Below, piece by piece: positions 9,270 through 18,461 of a DNA stretch of 28,295 bases. A program made the position numbers and the translations under genes. Where the stretch lies: IMG/VR virus record IMGVR_UViG_3300044724_009130, positions 1 through 28,295 of that record; one strand, 5' to 3'. Origin of the DNA: a virus (lineage: Duplodnaviria > Caudoviricetes). Within the stretch, counting starts at the first letter, position 1. Each line of letters starts with the position of its first letter. The notes below the pieces were generated by a model. That model ran no database searches, was not told the origin of the DNA, and saw only the letters and a list, made by a program, of their open reading frames with translations.

Positions 9270-10630
9270 TGCAATTTAGGATCCTCTGTATAAGATGCTA
9301 GTTTCGCACAAAGTAAACTTACGTCATATCTTTCGGCTTTAATCATATGTCTTGCTGCATATATTATATAATCCCCTGATTTTTTTCTATCGAATTTCGG
9401 AGAATCTGGATCATCTGCAGAATTATCTTTAAATAAAATTCGAACTACATTTCCAATAGTATAATTATAAATTCCTTCTCTATTCTCTTCACCCTTTAAA
9501 AAGTCATCGCCTCTTACTTGAATAATAAGAGGATTTTTTGTCATAAAGTTTTTAAGAGCTTTTCCTATTATTTTTCTTTTATGTGATCCTGAATCTGGTT
9601 CTTGATGAAGAGTTTTAAATCCTCCTGCGCCATCATATGTACCACCATTTGATATCTGAGATATTACATTTGAATTATAATTACTAATTTTAACTTCATC
9701 GATCTCGAAGTCTGGACCATAGTTAAATCTTTCTTGCCCATTTTTAAAATAGTCTGAGGTAGCTAACATTTCGAATACATCATTATCAACTGCAAAATCT
9801 ACTTTCTGAGGTAGAGCATTCATAGTATCATAAAAATTATATTTAGATCCTACTACACCTGAACGTATTAATCGAAGAAGATTATCATTCTCTTCATGTT
9901 TGTAATTTTGAATAGCAGTAAATGCAGTAAAAGAAGTTAAGGTATTTGCCGCATTCTGCCAATATACATATGGGGTTGAAACATTAATGGGGGTTTGTCT
10001 TAACATATATCCTAAATCAATCATTCTTAAATAATTATCGCCAAACACAGAATATAGGTAAAAGGGTAAACCATCTTCACTAGTAGTTCTATTCTTAATC
10101 CACATAGCAGCTTCAATAGGGTGAAGGTTTGGAACTACTACTTTCATTCTCCCTTTGTATTCATCACTGGAATACAAAAGATCTTTATTAATATAGGAAG
10201 ATAATATATTTTGGATAATAGTTATAGGGCTTCCTTGATATGATTTATTCACATTTTTAACACTTGAAGTATATCCTATATCTTCTATTAATTTTAAAAA
10301 TACTGCCTCGTTTTTATCGTTAGATTTATAAGTTCCCATAATCTTTTCTACACGAAAGACTTTAGATGTTATTCTACCTTCCTCGACTAAATTAGTAGGA
10401 CTTATATTAATAGTAATTCTTTCCCCACCTTGAAAATCAAAACCTGATACAAGATTATCATTGTCTGCAAATACGATCTGGCCTGTTAAATATGGTTTTT
10501 CTATATGTTCAAATATTTCAAGATCAGATATAGAATTGGAAATATCAACTTCAAGACCATTCTTAAGTCTATCCGAAGACAGTACCACAGATTGAAACTG
10601 ATAGGAACTCTTTTCTTCAGAGCTTTTCAT
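9266..10630 (-). CDS. Baseplate hub protein, gp27-like
   Basis: Lies between gp53 and gp5. Motifs IFEHIEKPYLTG, GGERI and SGDYIIYAARH are typical of hub proteins. Confidence 0.7.
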   Translation of the reverse strand: MKSSEEKSSYQFQSVVLSSDRLKNGLEVDISNSISDLEIFEHIEKPYLTGQIVFADNDNLVSGFDFQGGERITINISPTNLVEEGRITSKVFRVEKIMGTYKSNDKNEAVFLKLIEDIGYTSSVKNVNKSYQGSPITIIQNILSSYINKDLLYSSDEYKGRMKVVVPNLHPIEAAMWIKNRTTSEDGLPFYLYSVFGDNYLRMIDLGYMLRQTPINVSTPYVYWQNAANTLTSFTAFTAIQNYKHEENDNLLRLIRSGVVGSKYNFYDTMNALPQKVDFAVDNDVFEMLATSDYFKNGQERFNYGPDFEIDEVKISNYNSNVISQISNGGTYDGAGGFKTLHQEPDSGSHKRKIIGKALKNFMTKNPLIIQVRGDDFLKGEENREGIYNYTIGNVVRILFKDNSADDPDSPKFDRKKSGDYIIYAARHMIKAERYDVSLLCAKLASYTEDPKLQ

Positions 10631-10631
10631 A

Positions 10632-11384
10632 TTATGACCTTATGGATTTCTTATGTGCAGAAATTATATCCCCAATTAGACCAGGTCTAATAACTCGAAT
10701 AGTCCTTAATGCATCATTTTCATTAATATAGTGATCGAAATTAGTTACTTCTGTTAATTGTGCGCCTGGTCCAACTTGGGGGTCAAAGTCTGTTCGATTA
10801 TTATTTCCATCGACATAATGATGTGCAGCATTATAATATTCAGAATAACTAAAAAGATTAATAGTTTCCGTCGTCGTTGCCTGTGTTCCGCCTGGGGTTT
10901 GAAAGGTACTAGTTACAGCTTCTGGACTTGGATTAATTTTAAATTCTAAATCGCCGGTAACTACTATTTGTCCTAAACTTAAATTTCTGTGAAAGATTTT
11001 ACCAGTTGCCCCAGACTGAGATCCCACTACAGTACGACCAACCTTAAAAACACCAGTAAGATCGTTTCTAGTAGTAATAGCTGTTCCTGGATAATCTTTT
11101 TTTACCTTTGCTTCTAACTCCCTATTTGTAAGCGGCCAACCTTGTAATCTTAGGTTATCATTCATTAAATAGAAAGTCCAATAATAAAGTGGAGATCCGT
11201 ATAATCTAATTGAAACTTGGTCTGGTCTAAATCCTTCATGAATCTGCTCGAACTGATAGAGACCAGCATCATCCTTAATCTGATCTACTATATCAGCATA
11301 TGCAGTTAAATTTTGGAAAAGTACATTTGAAACTTCATTACCAAACTTATACTGTACCTCTTCAAAGTCTTTAAAAAATCTCAT
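10632..11384 (-). CDS. gp53: Baseplate wedge subunit gp53
   Basis: RPDQVSIRLYGSPLYYWTFYLMN...WPL and ENDALRTIRVIRP motifs. Confidence 0.92.
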   Translation of the reverse strand: MRFFKDFEEVQYKFGNEVSNVLFQNLTAYADIVDQIKDDAGLYQFEQIHEGFRPDQVSIRLYGSPLYYWTFYLMNDNLRLQGWPLTNRELEAKVKKDYPGTAITTRNDLTGVFKVGRTVVGSQSGATGKIFHRNLSLGQIVVTGDLEFKINPSPEAVTSTFQTPGGTQATTTETINLFSYSEYYNAAHHYVDGNNNRTDFDPQVGPGAQLTEVTNFDHYINENDALRTIRVIRPGLIGDIISAHKKSIRS

Positions 11385-12472
11385 CCGAATTCCCCTTGAA
11401 TATCTTGCTTATTAAGAGTTCTAACTTCAACAAAATTAAGTGTAAGATCAATTTCATTTGGTTGACCGTCGGCATGAAATGTAGCACTAGTTGGATTATA
11501 TGAGGTTTGAATATTCCTTAAATAACTAGTTTCTATCTTTGGGATCTTTGCATTCTGCCCTTTATATTTAAATGATATATCGAACGCATTTGGAAATTCA
11601 AAACCAATAGGAACGCCGGCAGGATTAATTGCTTCAGGATACATTTCTGTCCTAAAATGACGTATAATCTCCTCAACTATTCTTGCCTCGGAAGCTGAAG
11701 TAGCAATAAATTTAAAAGTAAAATTAAACTCTCTTATATTAACATTACGAAACATTGCTCTTGTATTAGGATTAGTTGTGGCCTGTACTGCCAGCTGACC
11801 AGCACGACCAACACCACCGGGAATTTTATCCATTAATCTAGCAGTAGCTAATCTTGCTAGTTGTTCGGTACTATTATCTCTCATATTAAAAATAGACTGA
11901 AGACCTTCTGCTAATCCTTTGCCGAATGCTGACATAATAGAATCACCACTAGCTAAAGCTGCGCTAGTAGCAGCACCCATAGGATCTAAATTAACATTTT
12001 CATATTGAACACCTTCGTTCATAACTATGTTTCCAGCAGGCATGTATAAATCGATAATAGGGGTATTTTTAGCAGTTTGATATTTAATACCAGTCAATCC
12101 AGATATTGAAGATTTAACCAGCTGGTCTTTTTCAGCATTTTTAGCTACCCTTTGTTCTTGCTTTTCTTTATCAGCAGGCCTAGGCTCATAGGCAGTATAT
12201 CCATCATCATCACTTTTTGCTTTTTTAGTAGCGCCGGTTTGGCCATAGAGGTTATCTAGATTTATTGTATCAAAAAGTCTATTAGCACCTAGTACCGGAT
12301 TAATAGGCTTAGCCTCTTTTACAACAAATCTTATCCTACCTAGATATGATTCGTCTCTACTAAGCGGATATGACATAATGACATTGCTTCGTTTTAGAGC
12401 CGATGTACCTAGATTGGTATTATCCTGAACAATACCATTATTGTTGTATTCAAATTGGTTTCTAATAGCCAT
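11381..12472 (-). CDS. gp48: Baseplate tail-tube cap gp48
   Basis: IDLYMP, NPNTRAMFRNVNIREFNFTFKF, FPNAFDI and DGQPNEIDLTLNFVE motifs. Confidence 0.88.
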   Translation of the reverse strand: MAIRNQFEYNNNGIVQDNTNLGTSALKRSNVIMSYPLSRDESYLGRIRFVVKEAKPINPVLGANRLFDTINLDNLYGQTGATKKAKSDDDGYTAYEPRPADKEKQEQRVAKNAEKDQLVKSSISGLTGIKYQTAKNTPIIDLYMPAGNIVMNEGVQYENVNLDPMGAATSAALASGDSIMSAFGKGLAEGLQSIFNMRDNSTEQLARLATARLMDKIPGGVGRAGQLAVQATTNPNTRAMFRNVNIREFNFTFKFIATSASEARIVEEIIRHFRTEMYPEAINPAGVPIGFEFPNAFDISFKYKGQNAKIPKIETSYLRNIQTSYNPTSATFHADGQPNEIDLTLNFVEVRTLNKQDIQGEFG

Positions 12473-12506
12473 ATTATATCCTATAGATAATAAGAAAGAT
12501 TCATCT

Positions 12507-12514
12507 TATTTATA
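12507..12514 (-). promoter_or_regulatory. T4-type late promoter TATAAATA driving the gp48-gp53-hub-gp5 operon
   Basis: Exact TATAAATA on the minus strand in the 50-bp divergent gap between gp48 and gp4. Confidence 0.82.
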
Positions 12515-12522
12515 TAGGAAAC

Positions 12523-13083
12523 ATGGCACATTCAGGAAGATATAAGGTTGTTAATACCGATAAGTATGCCGGTGATCCGGCTAACGTTGTATACAGATCA
12601 TCTTGGGAAAGAAAGGTTTTTAAATGGTGTGACAATAATATAGAGGTAAGGAGCTGGGCTTCTGAAGAAACGGTTATACCTTATTTCTACGATGTTGACA
12701 AAAGATATCATCGATACTTTGTTGATCTTAAAATTACCTACAGAAATGGCGATACAGTCTTAGTTGAAATTAAACCAGATAAAGAAACTAGACCACCTGA
12801 AGGCGAAAGACGTACCAAAAAATATATCTACGAAGGATTAACCTATGTTAAGAATATTAACAAATGGGAAGCCGCTAAAGAATTTGCAAATGATCGTGGA
12901 TGGAAATTTGAGATATGGACTGAGAAAACTCTTCAAGAAATGAAACTTCTTGCTAAACCAATGCCTGGTAAAATAAAGAAGCCATTGAAAAAGGCAGAGC
13001 CATATAGGAAAAAAAAGAATACAAAGCCTCGTGTTAGACCACCAAAGAATGTTAATGCAGCACCTAAAGAGTGGAAGGATTAA
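12523..13083 (+). CDS. gp4: Head completion nuclease gp4
   Basis: YRSSWER, WASEETVIPY, HRYFVD, LVEIKP and KWEAAK motifs (TnsA-like PD-(D/E)xK fold), plus a Lys/Pro-rich C-terminal tail. Confidence 0.95.
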   Translation: MAHSGRYKVVNTDKYAGDPANVVYRSSWERKVFKWCDNNIEVRSWASEETVIPYFYDVDKRYHRYFVDLKITYRNGDTVLVEIKPDKETRPPEGERRTKKYIYEGLTYVKNINKWEAAKEFANDRGWKFEIWTEKTLQEMKLLAKPMPGKIKKPLKKAEPYRKKKNTKPRVRPPKNVNAAPKEWKD

Positions 13084-13102
13084 CATTTATTGAATAAATC
13101 AA

Positions 13103-13110
13103 CATAAATA
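13103..13110 (+). promoter_or_regulatory. Probable late promoter CATAAATA (near-leaderless gp2 transcript)
   Basis: One mismatch to TATAAATA, ending 5 nt before the gp2 ATG; no SD is visible. Confidence 0.6.
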
Positions 13111-13115
13111 CTAGT

Positions 13116-13649
13116 ATGAGCAACTTATTTAAAGATCTAGAAATTGAAGCATTCCGTGCTGGTATTACCCCACGGACTAAACAGTCTATTGAGTGGTTCC
13201 GTAAAAAGGCTACCGCGCTCGGCCGCGTGAGTCGTACTGCTATAATGCAAGAGGAAGAAATTGCATTAAGAAATAGACCTAAGACAGCACCGTACGGTAA
13301 TATGTACATGTATTTCTATGATCCCAAATATAAGGATACTCTTCCCTATTATGATGCATTCCCATTAGTTATTATGATGGGACCAGCAAAGGGCGGATTC
13401 TATGGCTTAAACCTACATTATCTTCCTCCGGTACTCAGAGCTAAAGCTTTAGATGCTTTACTTGGTGAAGGAGAATTACCTATGAAATTTATTAAGCCAA
13501 CTATACATAGATATTTAACTAAACATGTAAAAAGTAGATTTGCTTTAGTAGATAAACCGGAATGGGAAATTGCTACATTTCTTCCAACACAGGATTTTAG
13601 AAAGGCAAGTTCAGGTACTGTTTATAGAGATTCAAGAGGAAAGATGTAA
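13116..13649 (+). CDS. gp2: DNA end protector gp2
   Basis: YFYDPKYKDTLPYYDAFPL and GFYGLNLHYLPP motifs. Confidence 0.95.
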   Translation: MSNLFKDLEIEAFRAGITPRTKQSIEWFRKKATALGRVSRTAIMQEEEIALRNRPKTAPYGNMYMYFYDPKYKDTLPYYDAFPLVIMMGPAKGGFYGLNLHYLPPVLRAKALDALLGEGELPMKFIKPTIHRYLTKHVKSRFALVDKPEWEIATFLPTQDFRKASSGTVYRDSRGKM

Positions 13650-14338
13650 TGGCATCAATTGACGATCTAAAATCTGTTGCTACCTCAAAGCTTGGATTTG
13701 CACAAGCAAATCAATTTTTGGTTGAACTACCTCCAATTGGTTCTGGTGGATTTGGTGCATTAGGGGGATTCTTATCAAACCTATTACCATCAATACCAAA
13801 TATTCCTGGTATTTTAAATACCGGTAATCCTACAAGTAGAGAAATGAATATTTTATGTTCAAATGCAACATTACCTGGTAAACAGATTCTTACAACAGAT
13901 CGCCTTATTGGTATGGAACTTCAAAAGGTAGCCTATGGATATGCAGTTCAAGAGGTTAGCTTAACATTTTATCTAATGAATGATTATGGTATTAAAAATT
14001 ATCTTGATGCTTGGGCTGATCTTGTATTAAATCAGGATACAGGTGAAATAGGTTATAAACAGGATTATGCTAAGACAGTAAAGATACATCAGTTAAGAAA
14101 AGCTAGAAAAGGTTTCAGTGCTAACATTGGTCCACTTCAAGGTAATCTAGAAATTGGTGGAGGTACAATATATGCAGTCGAATTACAAGATGCTTTCCCA
14201 ACAACAATTGGGGCAGTTCAATTATCAAATGAATTAGATGGATTAGTACAACTTCAAGTAGATCTATCTTATACTAAATGGAGACCGATTAAGGCTGGTC
14301 TACAAAACTTCGTAACCGGTGGCTTAAATTTTGGATAG
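13649..14338 (+). CDS. Tail tube initiator, gp54-like (gp19 tube fold)
   Basis: LCSNATLPGKQI, VSLTFY, ELQDAFPTTIG and LSYTKW motifs of the tube fold; lies between gp2 and gp26. Confidence 0.72.
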   Translation: MASIDDLKSVATSKLGFAQANQFLVELPPIGSGGFGALGGFLSNLLPSIPNIPGILNTGNPTSREMNILCSNATLPGKQILTTDRLIGMELQKVAYGYAVQEVSLTFYLMNDYGIKNYLDAWADLVLNQDTGEIGYKQDYAKTVKIHQLRKARKGFSANIGPLQGNLEIGGGTIYAVELQDAFPTTIGAVQLSNELDGLVQLQVDLSYTKWRPIKAGLQNFVTGGLNFG

Positions 14339-14347
14339 GTGATTTAA

Positions 14348-14593
14348 ATGGCAAAGAAAAAACAAAGAGCCCATCAGGTTTCTAAGGGGGAACGTAGATC
14401 CCAAGATCCTAAATGGAGCAAACAAGCAAGAAGAGAATGGGTTGGTAGTACAGCACAAATGATTGCAAAGGTAAATGCATGGCATGCCGGCAAGAATGTA
14501 GTGCTAACTATTGAAAACCCAAATAAGAATGAAACAAATAAAAAAATGATTCGTGTGAATGCGAATGACGTGTGGAAAAGAAAGAGTTCATAA
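14348..14593 (+). CDS. Small basic hypothetical protein
   Basis: AGGTG SD; TAATG-coupled to gp26. Confidence 0.7.
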   Translation: MAKKKQRAHQVSKGERRSQDPKWSKQARREWVGSTAQMIAKVNAWHAGKNVVLTIENPNKNETNKKMIRVNANDVWKRKSS

Positions 14594-15303
14594 TGGCTTT
14601 ACCAAGATTAAATGATTCTCCAAATTATGATTTAGTTATACCATCAATGAAACAAAGCGTAAGCTTTAGACCATTTTTAGTAAAAGAAGAAAAGATCTTA
14701 TTAATGGCATTAGAATCTGATGATCAGAAACAGATTCTGAATACCGTAATTAATACTATTAAAGCATGTGTAACTGAAGATATTGATACTACAAAATTAA
14801 CTACATTTGATATTGAATATATGTTTTTAAAAATACGAGCTAAAAGCGTAGGTGAAACATCGACTATTGTTATGAAATGTAATGAATGTGAATCTAGTAA
14901 TGATATTACATTAAATATTGACGATGTAGAAATAGAAGTACCAGACATTTCTAATATTATTGAATTAGATAACCAGATTTCTCTTGAAATGAAATGGCCT
15001 ACCTTCGATAGTATAGTGAAAGATGATATTCTTTCTTCGGAATCAAATGTAGATCAAATCTTCGGATTAATTAGATCAAGTATCGAGGCTATACAAACAA
15101 ATGAAGAAAGATTTTCTGCTAAGGATCAAACTGCTCAAGAATTAGACTCTTTTATAGAATCTATGAATAACCAACAGTTTACTAAAGTAAGAGAGTATGT
15201 AGAAAAAATGCCTAAGCTAACACATGATGTAGCTTTCAGTTGTAAAAAATGTAATCATCAAAATAATATAGTAATAGAAGGAATGCAAAGTTTTTTCTCA
15301 TAG
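14593..15303 (+). CDS. gp26: Baseplate hub assembly protein gp26 (start revised to ATG 14593)
   Basis: MALPRL, FRPFLVKEEKILLMA and FDIEYMFLKIRAKSVGE motifs, two CxxC pairs, and a GMQSFF C-terminus. Confidence 0.92.
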   Translation: MALPRLNDSPNYDLVIPSMKQSVSFRPFLVKEEKILLMALESDDQKQILNTVINTIKACVTEDIDTTKLTTFDIEYMFLKIRAKSVGETSTIVMKCNECESSNDITLNIDDVEIEVPDISNIIELDNQISLEMKWPTFDSIVKDDILSSESNVDQIFGLIRSSIEAIQTNEERFSAKDQTAQELDSFIESMNNQQFTKVREYVEKMPKLTHDVAFSCKKCNHQNNIVIEGMQSFFS

Positions 15304-15485
15304 GTCTATCTCATGAGACACTTGTAAATTATTATAGGACGAATTTTCAGCTGGTACATCATTATCACTATTCGTTGACTGAGATAGACCATATGATACC
15401 ATGGGAAAGAGAAGTATATCTTGATATGCTAATCACCCACTTAAAAGAAGAGCAGGCAAGACAGGAACAACAGGGACGGGTATAA
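15297..15485 (+). CDS. gp51: gp51-like hub assembly ORF lacking its own start codon, probably translated as a -1 frameshift extension of gp26
   Basis: Not in the ORF track. The -1 frame reads LIGLSHETLVNYYRTNFQLVHHYHYSLTEIDHMIPWEREVYLDMLITHLKEEQARQEQQGRV*, with the NYYxTNFxL...YSLxE...MxPWER motif. Its TAA overlaps the tape-measure ATG. Confidence 0.85.
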   Translation, partial: LIGLSHETLVNYYRTNFQLVHHYHYSLTEIDHMIPWEREVYLDMLITHLKEEQARQEQQGRV

Positions 15486-17098
15486 TGGCAACTTTAGATG
15501 ACGTAACTCAAAAATTAAAAGAAAATAATATAGAAAATCAGTTAGGTCATGAAGGTACTCGGCTTGAGCTTACTAAGATCGGTATAAGATTTGATAGATT
15601 CTTTAGTATGATGAGTATGCAAAAATTAAAGGGTTTGGAAACACAAAGAGAAGCCAAAAAAAAGTTGCCGGCAATACCTCAGCCGAAGTCTAGTACAGGT
15701 GGAGATACTGGATTTGGTTTACTTGGTGGATTAACGGGTCTTGGTGCAATAGGAGCTACTCTAGCGGGTATTGCAGCATCGATGACAGATCTAGATGCCG
15801 CAATTAAAGCACTAAGATTAGGACAAATTGCAAAGGGTATAGTTGCCACAGGAAAGGCGCTGAACACTAGATATACAAATTTTCTTGATTCCATTAGAGA
15901 CTTTGGGAAAGGTATAGCAACCTTTGGTAGAAATCTTAAAAATCTTTTAATTATTCCAGATGAAACTAAAACACTATTTAAAAATATACCTAATAATTTT
16001 AAGCTAGGATTATTTAAAGCTTTAGGTTTAGGAGTTGACGGTAAACCTGTCGTAGATACATCAGAGGGTGTTAAATCATTTTCAAATACAATAAAGGCGA
16101 TTCGAACTTCTATATCAAATTTCTTAAAACCAGTTACTGATATTTTTAGTGCTACAGAAGGTGAAAGTAAAATTTCCAAAGCGATAAAACCTATCACAGA
16201 CTTTTTTGATGGTATATCCAATAAAATAGGATCTATTACTAAATATTTCCCTACTATTAATTTTGAAGCTTTAAAAGGGATATTAGGAGGTGGAGAAGCT
16301 GGGGGAGGTATAATCGGATTCTTCCAAAAAATTATATCAGCACTTGACCCTATTTTGGGACCTATTAAAAAAATAATCGGATTTGCACTTAGGCCCTTTT
16401 TCCAAATTATTATTTCTGCAATCGATTTCTTTGTAGGTTTCTATGAAGGATTTATGGAAGGTGATAATAAAAAATTATTAGATAGAATTAAATCAGGATT
16501 TGAAGGTGGTATAAAAGGTGTTATCAAAGGTTTTACAGAAGCTATAGATTTGTTATTTATTAAGATACCAGCATTCTTTGCAGAGAAATTGGGATTTGAA
16601 GATGCATCGAAAAAACTAAAAGAATTTAGTCTTACTGCTCTTGTTGATCCTGCATGGGAAGCAGTAAAGAATTTCTTTAAAGAAGCATTTGCCAATCCTA
16701 CTAGTAAAATTAGACAAGTTACTGCTAGTGTTGGTAGTATGTCTGAGCGACTTACAAAATATATCCTAAGAAACGCTTTACCTGATCCGAACGTCGAACG
16801 GGCATGGTATGATCCTACACGCCTAGCAGTTATGGGTATTCCTGATTCTGTATATGAATATGCTGGATATTCTAAAAATGATAAGGGCAAATTTGTATTA
16901 AAACCAGATACAAATATTAGATCGGAAAAGTATGAAGGCGTCCAAGGATTACGATCAGCAGTCCCACCAGGACCAGGCGGGTCAGCGCCAATTGTTCTAG
17001 CACCATCAACATCAACGTCGTCAACAACAAACGGGTTTTCTCTCCCAGGAAATGCTCAAAGTCCAGTTGATGCATCGGACATGCTATTATCCCACTAA
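15485..17098 (+). CDS. Tape measure / baseplate hub protein, gp29-like
   Basis: 537 aa of amphipathic helical, Gly/Ile/Phe/Lys-rich sequence directly after gp26/gp51. Confidence 0.7.
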   Translation: MATLDDVTQKLKENNIENQLGHEGTRLELTKIGIRFDRFFSMMSMQKLKGLETQREAKKKLPAIPQPKSSTGGDTGFGLLGGLTGLGAIGATLAGIAASMTDLDAAIKALRLGQIAKGIVATGKALNTRYTNFLDSIRDFGKGIATFGRNLKNLLIIPDETKTLFKNIPNNFKLGLFKALGLGVDGKPVVDTSEGVKSFSNTIKAIRTSISNFLKPVTDIFSATEGESKISKAIKPITDFFDGISNKIGSITKYFPTINFEALKGILGGGEAGGGIIGFFQKIISALDPILGPIKKIIGFALRPFFQIIISAIDFFVGFYEGFMEGDNKKLLDRIKSGFEGGIKGVIKGFTEAIDLLFIKIPAFFAEKLGFEDASKKLKEFSLTALVDPAWEAVKNFFKEAFANPTSKIRQVTASVGSMSERLTKYILRNALPDPNVERAWYDPTRLAVMGIPDSVYEYAGYSKNDKGKFVLKPDTNIRSEKYEGVQGLRSAVPPGPGGSAPIVLAPSTSTSSTTNGFSLPGNAQSPVDASDMLLSH

Positions 17099-17122
17099 AA
17101 GAAAAGGGAGCCGAAGCTCCCT
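17097..17122 (-). terminator. Intrinsic terminator with C(UUCG)G tetraloop
   Basis: Minus strand reads AGGGAGC-TTCG-GCTCCCT-TTTCTTTT, located between convergent operons. Confidence 0.9.
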
Positions 17123-17129
17123 AATCCCA

Positions 17130-17232
17130 TTATATCTAGTCGAAACCAAATATAATTTTCTCCTTTGTTGTTTACCAACTTTTGTCCGAATCTAATTCAG
17201 CGACTAGGCCTACGTAGGGTTGGCTTACCTAA
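17130..17232 (-). ncRNA. Candidate structured RNA between the gp32 stop and the terminator
   Basis: Several complementary segments: CTAGTCG/CGACTAG, CTGAAT/ATTCGG, GCCAAC/GTTGGT and CCT-ACGT-AGG. Confidence 0.4.
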
Positions 17233-18138
17233 TTAGTCGTCATTTGCCAATCGTGCAAAATATGACATAGTATCTTCATCACCAGACGTATCAATCTGTT
17301 CCGCCGTTACTGGCTCTGCCATACGTGGCTGAGGTGCCGATACAGGTTCATTAATCATGTTTTCCTGTTTAATAGTATAAGCACCTGCAGTTGATTCTTC
17401 TCCAAGAACACGCATTAACTTTGCTTTTAGTTCATCATAAGATTTATAGTTCTTTGGATCAGTAAACTCACTAAGATCATGTAGCTGGTTATAAACTGAT
17501 TCCAATTGGGATTCGTTTCCTTCATATAAACCAGATGGGCTAGCAAATTCAGACTTATCATAATTACGATATCCTTCGACTTGGCGGATCTTTAATTTAA
17601 AGTCTGCACCTTCCCAAAAGTCAAATGGGTTAACAGGATTTTCATCTGCAAATTCTGGTTGCATAGAATCCATGATTTTATCAAAGATCTTTTTACCAAA
17701 CTTATAGATGAATACCTTACCTTCATTCTGTGGTGCAGAAGGATCTTGAAGAACAAGAACATTCGTTACATAGTGAAGGCGACGCTTTTGATCACGAGCT
17801 TTCTGTTTATCAGATTCTACACCTGAGTTCCAAAGGCGCGAGTTAAGTTCCCCGACTGGATCAACTTGACCAATAGAAGTAAGGCTGTTTTCGATATACC
17901 ATTGACCAGTTGGTCCTTTGAATCCGTGATCCCAGTATCTGACCCATGGAAGTTCGCTTCCTTCGTTTGCTGGGAGGAATCGTAGTACTGCATATCCATT
18001 ACCTGCCTTATCTACGGTTGGCTTCCAAATCCGATCATCTGTATATGATTTCTTTTCAGTACCACCACCGGTAGATTCTGCGGCTTGTACTAGTTTCTGG
18101 ATTTGGTCGCGATTACGTTTTAGATTTTGAAATGACAT
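17233..18138 (-). CDS. gp32: Single-stranded DNA-binding protein gp32
   Basis: DKAGNGYAVLRFLP, WYIENSLT, FGKKIFDKI, NPFDFWEGADFKLKI and NYDKSEF motifs; acidic C-terminus. Confidence 0.97.
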   Translation of the reverse strand: MSFQNLKRNRDQIQKLVQAAESTGGGTEKKSYTDDRIWKPTVDKAGNGYAVLRFLPANEGSELPWVRYWDHGFKGPTGQWYIENSLTSIGQVDPVGELNSRLWNSGVESDKQKARDQKRRLHYVTNVLVLQDPSAPQNEGKVFIYKFGKKIFDKIMDSMQPEFADENPVNPFDFWEGADFKLKIRQVEGYRNYDKSEFASPSGLYEGNESQLESVYNQLHDLSEFTDPKNYKSYDELKAKLMRVLGEESTAGAYTIKQENMINEPVSAPQPRMAEPVTAEQIDTSGDEDTMSYFARLANDD

Positions 18139-18176
18139 TGTATTTCCTTATATTTGCTGAAGTATTAAACTGAATT

Positions 18177-18206
18177 ATTATATCGTATTTTTGTCGTTTT
18201 GTAAAC
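18177..18206 (-). promoter_or_regulatory. Sigma70-type early promoter for gp32
   Basis: GTTTACA-N17-TATAAT on the minus strand. Confidence 0.8.
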
Positions 18207-18221
18207 ATATTATATATCATT

Positions 18222-18461
18222 CTATTCAAAAAAAGCTGAGTCCAATGAATTTGTTTTTGGAAGAAAGTTTAAAGCCATGGCTTCACCTTCTAACTTTTCT
18301 TTTATAATAGGTGATATAAATTTCCTTACATCTTCAGGATCGATTTCATTCTTTTCACAAAGATGTAAGATAGTATCCATATAGGATAATTTCGTTTCAA
18401 TTACTGTTGCTTCGATAAGCTTAGTAAATTTTGACTTAGTCAAAAAGTTATCTTCAATCAT
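18222..18461 (-). CDS. gp33: Late transcription co-activator gp33
   Basis: FTKLIE...SYMDTILHLCEKNEIDPE...IKEKLEGEAMALNFL; lies upstream of gp32. Confidence 0.92.
   Translation of the reverse strand: MIEDNFLTKSKFTKLIEATVIETKLSYMDTILHLCEKNEIDPEDVRKFISPIIKEKLEGEAMALNFLPKTNSLDSAFFE

Noticed and set aside
15301-15327. TAG read-through or stop-codon recoding as the explanation for the gp26/gp51 junction
   Set aside because: The frame after TAG closes within 8 codons (VYLMRHL*), and the gp51 motif is in the -1 frame. TAA, TAG and TGA all act as normal stops elsewhere in the window.
432-16890. Antisense ORFs within structural genes (for example 432-749, 6693-6947, 15679-16221, 16441-16890)
   Set aside because: They are shadow ORFs opposite well-supported genes, with no SD or recognisable motifs.
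17130-17232. HDV-like or hammerhead ribozyme
   Set aside because: The topology is loosely HDV-like, but the P3/L3, P1.1 and catalytic-C geometry is not met, and no CUGANGA/GAAA core is present.
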